NCBI GenBank assembly: GCA_032718475.1
Contig: JAUCBJ010000448.1
Span: 1 to 64,000, forward strand
Direction of reading: 5' to 3'
DNA: 64,000 bases
Source: Nemertoderma westbladi
Lineage: Eukaryota; Animalia; Xenacoelomorpha
Positions 1-12,646 of the stretch are shown here, in pieces. The notes under the pieces were generated by a model, which saw nothing but the letters and a program-made list of their open reading frames with translations, did no database searches and was not told the origin of the DNA. The stretch's first letter is position 1; the number at the start of each line of letters is the position of its first letter. The position numbers and the translations under genes are program-made.

Positions 1-3
1 TGT

Positions 4-3000
4 AGGGTCTCACCACCGGGTAGGTTGTACTGTTCCGGAGGAACTATAACAAGAAGACCAGACCCCGTGATACATGCGTAGCACATGATCTAGTCTAATC
101 CCGAACTGGGATTTTAGAGATAGCCTTTTTGAGAGCTAAGAAGCTTATCTGGAGAAATAGGCCAAAACCACCAATAAGATGTTCCTATACCCCCCCCTGG
201 AATTCACTGACTTGAGCAATGAACTATATTTGGGTCGATTCCGACATTCGGTTCTCCGTGTAGGGCCAATTTGAGGCCAAAAAATGGCCAATTCCGAAAT
301 TTGCAAAAATCTCAAGAACCGCTAAAGCTACAGACTCGGGACCGGCGCCAAAATGTAGGCAGCATATGGGTTTATATTGACAACCGTTTTTTTAAAGCGT
401 TCCGATCATGATCTTGGCCGCGATCAGTAAAGATCGTGTTTGATCGAAATTCGGACACTCAAGAATTGCTCCAATCGAAAAACTTAACATTACAAAAAGA
501 TTCAGTGACCCCACATTAGTTATGATTCCCGTTAAAAGATTTTCAAAAAAGTGAATTCTTCCTGATCAAAACACAAGATCCGGATCGGGCGAAGATCGGA
601 CGTCATAAAATCGTAACTATGCATTTTGGGTATAAACAATTACTGTAGGAAACGTTCAGAACACCGCCCTGATTCGATTAAAAAAAAAATTGGCTCGTGA
701 ATCCCAACGGTTCTCCGGCTAGGGCCAATTGAAGAAAAAGACGCTCGTCCCCTAGCAACAGCCGTTGCTATGGAGCTACAGTCCAGAACCGCTAACGCTA
801 CGGACTCGGGACCGGCGCCAATCGATAGGCAGCATATGGGTTTACCTTCACAGAGCTTCTTTTTTGGAGCGATGCCCGATCATGATCTTGGCCGCGATCA
901 GTAAAGATCAGTTTTGATCAGCAATCGGACACTCAAGGCTTGCTCCAATCGAAAAACTTAACATTACAAAAAGATTCGCGACCTCATCGATTTAGGCGGG
1001 GGTCGCCGTTAAAGTTTGGAAACAAAGAAATGAATTCTTCCTGATCAAAACGCAAGATCATGATCGTGCAAAGATCGGACTTTATAAAATCGTAACTATA
1101 CATTTTGGATATAAAACAATCAATGTAAAAAACGTTTAGAACGCCGCCCTGAGTTGATTAAAAAAAAAATTGGCACGATCGGCCAACCGGTTCTCGAGAT
1201 ATGCTTCCTGATCGTAAAAGATCGTGTTTTTTTGGTTTTTTGAGCTACAATCTCGAAAACTTTTCAACGAGACCCCCAATTTTTTTTTTTTTAATCGACT
1301 AGCATTTAGTAAGGGGCAACTTTTGTATCATTTTGAAATTTTCTAAAAGCGAATCTGATCAGCCGCGATCAGCAAAGATCGTGTTTTTCGGTGTTTTTTC
1401 GAAGATCAAGTCCTGTGAGTTCACCGTATCGAAAAACTTAACATCACAAAAAGATTCCTCACCCTCGAATTATGGGGGGTAGCCAAAATTTGGGCATAAA
1501 AAAGTTCAAGTCTAGTGGGTCAAAACTCAAGATCATGATCGCGAAAAGATCAGTACTTTTAAAATCGAATCTAAGCATTTTTCTAATAAACATTCATTGT
1601 AGGAAATGTTTACTGGACCATTCTGAGTTGATTAAAAAGAAAATTGGCTCGATCGGCCTAACCGGTTCTCGAGATCGGCTTCCTGATCGTAAAAGATCGT
1701 GTTTTTTTAGTTTTTTCGAATTTTCTCAAAAACTTTGTTTGAGACCCCCGATTTTTTTTTTACGAATCGACTTCTATGGTGAAGGAGCAACTTTTGTATA
1801 TTTCGAAATTTTCAAAAAGCGATTTGATCAGGCCGTGATCAGAAAAGATCGTGTTTTCGGTTTTATTTCAAAGAGCAAGTCCTGTGAGTTCACCGTATGG
1901 AAAAACTTAACATCACAAAAAGATTCCTCACCCTCGAATTAGGGGGGGTAGCCAAAATTTGGGCATAAAAAAGTTCAATTCTAGAGGGTCAAAAGATCAT
2001 GATCGCGAAAAGATCAGTTTTTTCGAAATTACTTCTAAGCATTTTGGGGCAAAACTTTCAAACTAAAAAACATTCACTGGAGTGTTCTAAGTAGATTAAA
2101 AAAAATTTCGACTCAATAGGCCTACCGGTACCGGAGATATGGTCGTTCAAAGTCTGCTTCCGGTAATTCGAAAATATTTCGAAAACCCTTGATCTAATTT
2201 TTTCCTTGAAAATATGTGAATGTACAGTTAGTGGACCCGCATCTAACGATATATCACAATCCATATTTCGGATGACAGGTACCGGTAAAATCAGACTTTA
2301 CCAAAAAAAATTCAAATTTTTTCTACTCATGTCTGACTTTCTCTAAAACTATAACAGGTATGAAAATACTTTCGCCCCAAGAAATGTTCGCCTATCCAAT
2401 GCGCTTCTAACGATGTATTCAGATTTGTACAACGGTCAATAGTTTTCGAGATATTAACAACTTAGGCCCTGATCACCATGATCGCAAAAGATCAGTTTTT
2501 TAGAATTTTGATGTAAGCCTTTTCAGACAAAATTTTCAAACTAAAAAACATTCACTGGAGTGTTCTAAGTAGATTAAAAAAAAATTCGACTCAATAGGCC
2601 TACCGGTACCGGAGATATGGTCGTTCAAAATCTGCTTCCGGTAATTCGAAAATATTTCGAAAATCCTTGATCGAATTTTTTCCTTGAAAATATGTGAATG
2701 TACAGTTAGTGGACCTGCATTTAACGATATATCACAATCCATATTTTAGATGACAGGTACCGGTCAAATCAGACTTTACCAAAAAAAATTCAAATTTTTG
2801 CAACTCATGTCTGACTATCTTGAAAACTATAATAGGTATGAAAACACTTTCGCCCCAAGAAATGTTCGCCTATCCAATGTGCTTCTAACGCTGTGCTCGG
2901 ATTTTGCATAGTATCAAAATCGACTACTTAACCCCCCCGCGGAGGGAACGGAGTGACCGGAGCGCAAAGGGTGGTGGGAGGGGTAGGTGGCAAACACTAT

Positions 3001-4226
3001 TTATAGGGTGGAGGGAGGGGCTAGTATATTACTTTAGGGTATTTGATTTTCTTTCAATATAGTTTAGGTACCTCAGTCTTATTTATAATATATTATACAT
3101 TATTCCAAATTATATGAAGTTCTAATAAACTAGATTTTCCACCTGTAGGATGAATATATAATGTTGGGCTCATAATATATTTGAAAAATAGATTTTAGTA
3201 TTTATATTGTATAACAGATTGCTAATTGATATTATTATGGTACTATACTAAAGACGCTTTGATTATCTGATCAAAAGTCAAGTACTGGCATATTTTTTAA
3301 TTCTTTAATCATTCTCTAAACTCTAAATCTCTAAAATCACACTAAATCTAAGATAAGAAACATTTGCTTTACTTATTGTTTGCTTGTGAGGTTATATTAA
3401 TATATAATGCCGCAGTATAATATCAAATGGGGTGAAACCCGTATTAACTGGAAAATGTTTCATTATTATTACAATTGGCACATTCAAGTATGTAGTATTA
3501 ATAAAGGATAAGTTAATAAAGGATAAATTAATTATTAATCCATATCTTCAACTTTGTCTATATGGTTGCATTAATAATAATGTTACTTTATCAATTGGGT
3601 CTAAAACAATCTTCTTTACTCCAAAATTATGATAACTTATAAGAGGACGGGGTTCGTGATTACTTGTCATTATTATATACTGCCCCCACTCGGCTTTAGA
3701 GAGTGCACCCTCGGTTGCTTACCGGACATATGGGCCACACATCGACAGGGTAATGTCCGTGGGACTACTCAACCAACCCGGCCATGCGAACGCAACCATT
3801 CCAAAGCACCTACATGAACTGGTTTCAGAATTGTTAAGATTTTTGAGAGAGTAGAGCCCAACATGCACTTTAAAGTAAAGAGTAATAAAAAATAATTATA
3901 TCTACCCATTAGAATATATATATATAACAATCATACATAACATATCACTAAATATGAATCCTTCTATCATTGTCATAACTTCTTGTAGTTTGTTTACGCA
4001 GTTGCATTACTAATATGTTATTATATTGATCGGGGCCAAACCCGCATGACACGACACAAGCCGATCCCAAATCGTCCCATAAATTCTACTCGCCAGCGCC
4101 ACCCGCCACTCGCCACCACTATTATTTGATTAATAGAGGGTTATGATATTTTTTTTGTTTTGGGGTTGGGAATAAAGTGCCCCCACTCGGCTATAGAGAG
4201 TACCTCTTGGTGGTTTCACTGGATGT
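4..4226 (+). mobile_element. Unit 1, non-coding family A (4223 bp)
   Basis: Window starts inside a junction (tgt|agggtctc, same as 29855 onward) and the unit ends at CTGGATGT 4219-4226. Six about 470-bp modules plus the A tail. Confidence 0.8.
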
Positions 4227-7200
4227 ATGGGCCAGTTCCGTTTACGTAAGGTCCGTAGGACTACGAACATCACTCCGGCCCAAAGCCCGACGACGGCCAC
4301 CTCGCTGAACTGGTTCGGAAAATTAATGATAGCCTTTTTTAGAGAATAGAAGGTTATCTCGAGAACTAGGCCAAAACCACCAATAAAATGTTCCTAGACC
4401 CCCCCCCAAAATTTAATTATAAGACTTTTAGTGAAACTCGGCGACTCGTGAATCTCGACGGTTCTCCGGCTAGAGCCAATTTGAGTCAAAAAGTCAGCTT
4501 CCCTAGCAACCTCGTTGCTATGGAGCTACAGCCAAAACGGCTAATGCTACGGAGTTGGGACCGGTGCCAATCGATAGGCAGCATATGGGTTTACCTTCAC
4601 AACTTCGAGTTTGAAGTTGCCCGATCATGATCTTGACCATGATCTTCAAAGATCAGTTTTGATCTGCAATCGGACACTCACCGCTTGCTCCAATCGAAAA
4701 ACTTAACATTACAAAAAGATTCAGAGACCCCACATTAGTCATGATTCCCGTTAAAAGATTTAAAAAAAAGTGAATTCTTCCCGGTCAAAACGCAAGATCA
4801 TGATCGCGCAAAGATCGGACTTTGTAAAATCGTAACTAAGCATTTTGGATATAAACAATTACTGTAGGAAACGTTCAGAACACCGCCCTAAGTCGATTAA
4901 AAAAAAAATTGGTTCGATCGGACAACCGGTTCTCGAGATCTGATACCTGATCATTAAAGATCGTATTTTTCGGTTTTTTCAAATTTTCTCGAAAACTTTG
5001 TTTGAGACCCCCGATTTTTTTTTTACGAATCGACTTCTATGGTGAAGGGGCACCTTTTGTGCATTTCGAAATTTCCAAAAAGCGATTTGATCAGGCCGTG
5101 ATCAGAAAAGATCGTGTTTTCGGTTTTATTTCGAAGACCAAGTCCTGTGAGTTCACCGTATGGAAAAACTTAACATCACAAAAAGATTCCTCACCCTCGA
5201 ATTAGGGGGGGTAGCCAAAATTTGGGCATAAAAAAGTTCAAGTCTAGTGGGTCAAAACTCAAGATCATGATCGCGAAAAGATCAGTACTTTTAAAATCGA
5301 ATCTAAGCATTTTTCTAATAAACATTCATTGTAGGAAATGTTTACTGGACCATTCTGAGTTGATTAAAAAAAAAATTGGCTCGATCGGACCAATGGTTCT
5401 CGAGATCTGATACCTGATCATAAGAGATCGTGTTTTTTTAGTTTTTTTGAATTTTCTCGAAAACTTTGTTTGAGACCCCCGATTTTTTTTTTACAAATCG
5501 ACTCCTATGGTGAAGGGGCAACGTTTGTGCATTTCGAAATTTTCAAAAAGCGATTTGATCAGGCCGTGATCAGAAAAGATCGTGTTTTCGGTTTTATTTC
5601 GAAGACCAAGTCCTGTGAGTTCACCGTATGGAAAAACTTAACATTACAAAAAGATTCCTCACCCTCGAATTATGGGGGGTAGCCAAAATTTGGGCATAAA
5701 AAAGTTCAAGTCTAGCGGGTCAAAACTCAAGATCATGATCGCGAAAAGATCAGTTCTTTTAAAATTGAATCTAAGCATTTTTCTAATAAACATTCATTGT
5801 AGGAAATGTTTACTGGACCATTCTGAGTTGATTAAAAAAAAATTGGCTCGATCGGACAACCGGTTCTCGAGATCTGATACCTGATCATTAAAGATCGTGT
5901 TTTTCGGTTTTTTGAAATTTTCTCGAAAACTTTGTTTGAGACCCCCAATTTTTTTTTTACTAAACGACTTCTATTAGGAAGGGGCAACTTTTGTGCATTT
6001 CGAAATTTTCAAAAAGCGATTTGATCAGGCCGTGATCAGGAAAGATCATGTTTTCGATTTTATTTCGAAGACCAAGTCCCGTGAGTTCACCGTATGGAAA
6101 AACTTAACATCACAAAAAGATTCCTTACCCTCGAATTAGGGGGGGTAGCCAAAATTTGGGCATAAAAAAGTTCAATTCTAGAGGGTCAAAAGATCATGAT
6201 CGCAAAAGATCAGTTTTTAAGAAATCTGATGTATGCATTTTCAGACAAAAATTTCTAAATAAGAAACATTCACTGGACCGTTCTGAGTAAGTTAAAACAA
6301 AATTCAACTCAATAGGCCTACTGGTACCGGAGATATGGTCGTCCAAAGTCAGCTTCCGGTAATTCGATAATATTTCGAGAACCGTTGATCGAATTTTTTT
6401 TTTGAAAAAATGTGATTGTACAGTTAGGGGACCCGCATCCAACGATATATCACAACTCATATTTCGGATGACAGGTACCGGTAAAATCAGACTTTACCAA
6501 AAAAAATTCAAATTTTTTCTACTCATGTCTGACTTTCTCTAAAACTATAATAGGTATGAAAATACTTTCACTGTAAGAAATGTTCGCCTATCCAATGCGC
6601 TTCTAACCATGCATTCAGATTTTTACCACGGTGAATAGTTTTCGAGATATAAACAACTTAAGCCCTGATCACCATGATCGCAAAAGATCACTTTTTTAGA
6701 ATTTTGATGTAAGCCTTTTCAGACAAAATTTTCAAACTAAGAAACATTCAATGGACCGTTCTAAGTAAGTTTTAAAAAAATTCAACTCAATAGGCCTACC
6801 GGTACCAGAGATATGGTCGTCCAAAGTCTGATTCTTGTAATTTCATGATAACTCGAGGACCATTTATCGAAAATTTTTTTTGAAAACATGTGAATGTACA
6901 GTTTGGTGGCCCGCATCCAGCGATATATCACAATCCATATTTCGCATGGCAGGTACCGGTAAAATCAGACTTTACCAAAAAAAATTCAAATTTTTGTTAC
7001 TCATGTCTGACTATCTTGAAAACTATAATAGGTATGAAAATACTTTCACCCAAAGAAATGTTCGCCTATCCAATGTGCTTCTAACGCTGTGCTCGGATTT
7101 TGCATAGTATCAAAATCGACTACTTAACCCCCCCGCGGAGGGAACGGAGTGACCGGAGCGCCACGGGTGGTGGGCGGGGTAGGTGGCAAACACTATTTAT

Positions 7201-8422
7201 AGGGTGGAGGGAGGGGCTAGTATATTATTTTCGAGTATTTGATTTCTTTTCAATATAGTTTAGGTACCTCGGTCTTATTTATAATATATTATACATTATA
7301 CCAAATTATATGAAGTTCTAATAAACTAGATTCTCCACCTGTAGGATAAATATACAATGTTGGGCTCATAATATATTTGAAAAATGGATTTTAGTATTTA
7401 TATTATATAACAGATTGCTAATTGATATTATTATGGTACTATACTAAAGACGCTTTGATTATCTGATCAAAAGGCAAGTACTGGCATATTTTTTAATTCT
7501 CTAATCAATCACTAAACTCTAAATCTCTAAAATCACTCTAAATCTAAGATAAGAAACATTTGCTTTACTTCTTGTTTGCTTGTGAGGTTATATTAATATA
7601 TAATGCCGCAGTATAATATCAAATGGGGTGAAACCCGTATTAACTGGAAAATGTTTCATTATTATTACAATTGGCACATTGAAGTATGTAGTATTAATAA
7701 AGGATAAGTTAATAAAGGATAAATTAATTATTAATCCATATCTTGAACTTTGTCTATATGGTTGCATTAATAATAATTTTACTTTATCAATTGGGTTTAA
7801 AACAATCTTCTTTACTCCAAAATTATGATAACTTATAAGAGGACGGGGTTCGTGATTACTTGTTATTATTATAAACTGCCCCCCACTCGGCTTTAGAGAG
7901 TGCACCCTCGGTTGCTTACCGGACATATGGGCCACACATCGACAGGGTAATGTCCGTATGACTACTCAACCAACCCGGCCATACGGACGCAGCCATTCCA
8001 ACGCACCTACATGAACTGGTTTCAGAATTGTTAAGATTTTTGAGAGAGTAGAGCCCAACATGCACTTTAAAGTAAAGAGTAATAAAAAATAATTACATCT
8101 ACCCATTAGAATATATATATATATATATATAACAATCATACGTAACATATCACTAAATATGAACCCTTCAATCATTGTCATAACTTCTTGTAGTTTGTTT
8201 ACACAGTTGCATTACTAATATGTTACTATATCAATCGGGGCCAAACCCGTATGACGCGACACAATCCGAACCCAATTCGTTCCATAAATTCTACTCGCCA
8301 GCTCCCACCCACCACTATTATTTGATTGATAGAGGGTTATGATATTTTTTTTGCTTTGGGGTTGGGAATTAAGTGCCCCCACTCGGCTATAGAGAGTGCC
8401 TCTCGGTACGTTCACTGGATGT
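4227..8422 (+). mobile_element. Unit 2, non-coding family A (4196 bp)
   Basis: Junction to junction (ends 8415-8422). Homologous to units 1 and 12 and to the ends of unit 13. Confidence 0.8.
8371..8422 (+). other. Conserved unit junction (exemplar): CACTC/GAGTG hairpin followed by invariant CTGGATGT; putative Rep origin/terminator
   Basis: 13 full copies, with CTGGATGT ending at 4226, 8422, 10532, 12646, 16850, 19072, 21193, 23413, 25632, 27745, 29857, 34075 and 63225. Function is inferred. Confidence 0.8.
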
Positions 8423-10532
8423 TCTGGCCCCAAAACGAAGTGTTCGCGTATGCGCAGCAATATTAAATCTAAAACGGCCACAAAGACGAAGACAAAGTCG
8501 AAGACGGCCACCCTAGTCTTGCGTTAGCTCTTTAGGGATACCAGAATCACGGAGGAGAAGCTTATCTCAGAAAGTAAGCAAGAACCACCAATAAGATGTT
8601 CCTAGACCCCCCCCCAGAATCGGCTCAATAGTCCATAGAGGTTTTTTTGGAGCGATCCGGCCGACGGGTAACCCGCTGGGTCCATTTTGACCCGTTTTTT
8701 CCCATTTTTCGGAGAAGAAATTTTTAAAGCATTTGTTTGAGAGAACCGCGTAACCCCTGAACATGGGACCAACGCAGTTCGAAAGAGCAAGGTCCAAACC
8801 CCCCAAAAAGTCTTTTTGGTGTAATATCGATCAACTTTGCGTCCGTGATCAGTAAAAGATCATAAAGATCGTGTTTGATCGCGAATCGGACAGAGAAGGA
8901 GTTTCCACATCTGAAAATGGTCTAGCCCATCGTCTTTCTCGTCCCCGAATTGTGGGGGGTAGCCGGAAGCCCAATTTCTCAAATTTAATTCTTGACCAAG
9001 ATCACGATCGTCGAAAAGATCATAAATGATCTTTAACTTTAAAGCTATTTGGGACTTAATTTTCTTAATAGAAATTGTTGACAGGACTGTTGCGAGTTGA
9101 TTAAAAGAAATTTCAACTCGATAGGCCTACCCGTACCGGAGATACAAAGATCCAAAGTCTGATGTATGATCTTTAAAGATCACCCTATGATGACTCGGTC
9201 GGTAATTTTTTTTAAATTAAATGAATGTTTAGAAAGGTCGCGAGCATCCAACCATGCATCGCGTTCCACGTTGCGGATGACTGCTGCTCCGGAAATCAGA
9301 CTTTACCAAAAAAAAACCGGATCTTCAAAGATCATTGCCGAATAAGTCGAGAACCGTAAGGGCTATGAAAAAACTTTCAACGGCAATAATATTCGCCTCT
9401 CCAATGCGCTTCCAACCATGTATTTGGATTTTTCGTAGCGTCGATATTTTTCGAGATATAGCCTTCGAAACGTGGGTATGCCAAAACGGGTCTTTGTACC
9501 GGTACCTAGGCCTAGCTGTACACGATTGGAGCGATTTAAACATTGGAATCTTAATGATTCGCGACTGGCTATACGCCAGTTTTTAAATTTCTGAAAAAGA
9601 CCCAGCGGTTGCAGAGATATGAAAATTTTTCAAATGTACCTCGCGTCGATCGAAAAGTGCCATCGTCGAAAACGAAAAATTTTAAATCTCAATTTTCACC
9701 ATGAAGAATTGATTTTGATGAAAAAGTCTCCAGACGAAAAGTGCTCAGAATCATTAATTACCTACAAGGGGATGAAATTCGAGTCACTAAAATGAATTTT
9801 AAAATTTTTTTTGGTTAAAATTTAGTTTGGACCAGGAACGAGGCTTAATCTAATATACAGTCAGTTGGCGGAGGGAGCGGAGCGACCGGAGCCCCCAAAA
9901 CTAAAACCCCTGGGTTACTGCCCCCCCTTGGGGGGGATGGGGGGGGATTATATAAATGGGTTGGTAGGTTCGGTGGTTCTAGAATTTTACAATTTACGTT
10001 AAAAAAAAAGTAAAAAATTTTTCGCTCGCTTCGCTCGCGCCCCCCCCCCCCCCCCCCCCGCGCGGATTTTACCTACAATATTATTAACTACATGTTCATT
10101 GAAGCTTACGATAATTTCCTACAGCGTCATATCAATATTTTCCATCCTTACAACTCATAATACTTTTCGCAAAAAATAAATTGTTAATAATATTCAAGTC
10201 ACATATACAACTACTTGGGTGAGTGTTTGTTACATAGTTGCATATATTTACAACATTAAACCTTTGACAAAAAGTATACAATGTGATGGGCTTACAGAAT
10301 TTCACAAGAAGAAATCTATTTTCGCCAGCAATGGCGGGGGTGTCATAATATGCCCCCCAACCTGTCCTCCTCCTCAGCCTGCTGTTGGACTCCCTGTTTT
10401 ACTAACACTTTACTATACGACCCTCTGGTAGTATACCCCCTGGTGGGGTCCTACTGCACGACGCCATACGTCTGTGACTTATAAGTGCCCCACTCGGCTA
10501 TAAAGAGTGCCCCTAGTTTTTTCCCTGGATGT
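8423..10532 (+). mobile_element. Unit 3, non-coding family B (2110 bp)
   Basis: Ends at junction 10525-10532. Near-identical to units 4, 7, 10 and 11. Confidence 0.8.
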
Positions 10533-12646
10533 TCTGGCCCCAAAACGAAGTGTTCGCGTATGCGCAGCAATATTAAATCTAAAACGGCCACAAAGACGAA
10601 GACAAAGTCGAAGACGGCCACCCTAGTCTTGCGTTAGCTCTTTAGGGATACAGAAATCAAGGAGATGAAGCTTATCTCGAGAAGTAAGCAAGAACCACCA
10701 ATAAGATGTTCCTAGACCCCCCCCCAGAATCGGCTGAAAAGTCCATAGAGGTTTTTTTGGAGCGATCCGGCCGACGGGTAACCCGCTGGGTCCATTTTGA
10801 CCCGTTTTTTCCCATTTTTCGGAGAAGAAATTTTTAAAGCATTTGTTTGAGAAAACCGCATAACTAGTGAACAAGGGGCCAACGCAGTTCGAAAGAGCAA
10901 GGTCCAAACCCCCCAAAAAGTCTTTTTGGTGTAATATCGATCAACTTTGAGTCCGTGATCAGTAAAAGATCATGAAGATCGTGTTTGATCGCGAATCGGA
11001 CAGAGAAGGAGTTTCCACATCTGAAAATGGTCTAGCCCATCGTCTTTCTCGTCCCCGAATTGTGGGGGGTAGCCGGAAGCCCAATTTCTCAAAATTAATT
11101 CTTGACCAAGATCATGATCGTCGAAAAGATCGTAAATGATCTTTAACTTTAAAGCTATTTGGGACTTAATTTTCTTAATAGAAATTGTTGACTGGACTGT
11201 TGCGAGTTGATTAAAAGAAATTTCAACTCGATAGGCCTACCCGTACCGGAGATACAAAGATCCAAAGTCTGACGTATGATCTTTAAAGATCACCCCATGA
11301 TGACTCGGTCGGTAATTTTTTTTAAATTAAATGAATGTTTAGAAAGGTCGCGCGCACCCAACCACGCATCGCGTTCCACGTTGCGGATGACAGCTGCTCC
11401 GGAAATCAGACTTTACCAAAAAAAAACCGGATCTTCAAAGATCATTGCCGAATAAGTCGAGAACCGTAGGGGCTATGAAAAAACTTTCAACGGCAATAAT
11501 ATTCGCCTCTTCAATGCGCTTCCAACCATGTATTTGGATTTTTCGTAGCGTCGATATTTTTCGAGATATAGCCTTCGAAACGTGGGTATGCCAAAACGGG
11601 TCTTTGTACCGGTACCTAGGCCTAGCTGTACACGATTGGAGTGATTTAAACATTGGAATCTTAATGATTCGCGACGGGCTACACGCCAGTTTTTAAATTT
11701 CTGAAAAAGACCCAGCGGTTGCAGAGATATGAAAATTTTTCAAATGTACCTCGCGTCGATCGAAAAGTGCCATCGTCGAAAACGAAAAATTTTAAATCTC
11801 AATTTTCACCATGAAGAATTGATTTTGATGAAAAAGTCTCCAGATGAAAAGTGCTCAGAATCATAAATTACATACAAGGGGATGAAATTCGAGTCACTAA
11901 AATGAATTTTAAAATTTTTTTTGGTTAAAATTTAGTTTGGACCAGGAACGAGGCTTAATCTAATATACAGTCAGTTGGCGGAGGGAGCGGAGCGACCGGA
12001 GCCCCCAAAACTAAAACCCCTGGGTTACTGCCCCCCCTTGGGGGGGATGGGGGGGGATTATATGAATGGGTTGGTAGGTTCGGTGGTTCTAGAATTTTAC
12101 AATTTACGTAAAAAAAAAAGTACAAAAATTTTTCGCTCGCTTCGCTCGCCCCCCCCCCCCCCCCCTCCCCCGCGCGCATTTTACCTACAATATTATTAAC
12201 TACATGTAAATCGAAGCTTGCGATAATTTCCAACAGCGTCATATAAATATTTTCCATCCTTACAACTCATAATACTTTTCGCAAAAAATAAATTGTTAAT
12301 AATATTCAAGTCACATATACAACTACTTGGGTGAGTGTTTGTTACATAGTTGCATATATTTACAACATTAAACCTTTGACAAAAAGTATACAATGTGATG
12401 GGCTTACAGAAATTCACAATAAGAAATCTATTCTCGCCAGCAATGGCGGGGGTGTCATAATATGCCCCCCAACCTGTCCTCCTCCTCAGCCTGCTGTTGG
12501 ACTCCCTGTTTTACTAACACTTTACTATACGACCCTCTGGTAGTATACCCCCTGGTGGGGTCCTACTGCACGGCGACGCCATACGTCTGTGACTTATAAG
12601 TGCCCCACTCGGCTATAAAGAGTGCCCTAGTTTTTTCCCTGGATGT
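10533..12646 (+). mobile_element. Unit 4, non-coding family B (2114 bp)
   Basis: Ends at junction 12639-12646. Confidence 0.8.

Noticed and set aside
4227-4290. Hammerhead ribozyme (GTCC-gta-GGAC resembles stem II)
   Set aside because: No CUGANGA and GAAA core on either strand. The fold is kept as an unassigned structure.
10425-10440. CRESS-virus nonanucleotide origin (GGTAGTATACC resembles TAGTATTAC)
   Set aside because: Imperfect match, seen only in family B tails, and not where family identity switches.
10485-10535. Canonical Helitron termini (5' TC, 3' hairpin-CTRR, A|T target)
   Set aside because: CTAG after the hairpin is not conserved in family A, and the invariant CTGG is followed by ATGT rather than TC. 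The exact nick position and strand cannot be assigned.
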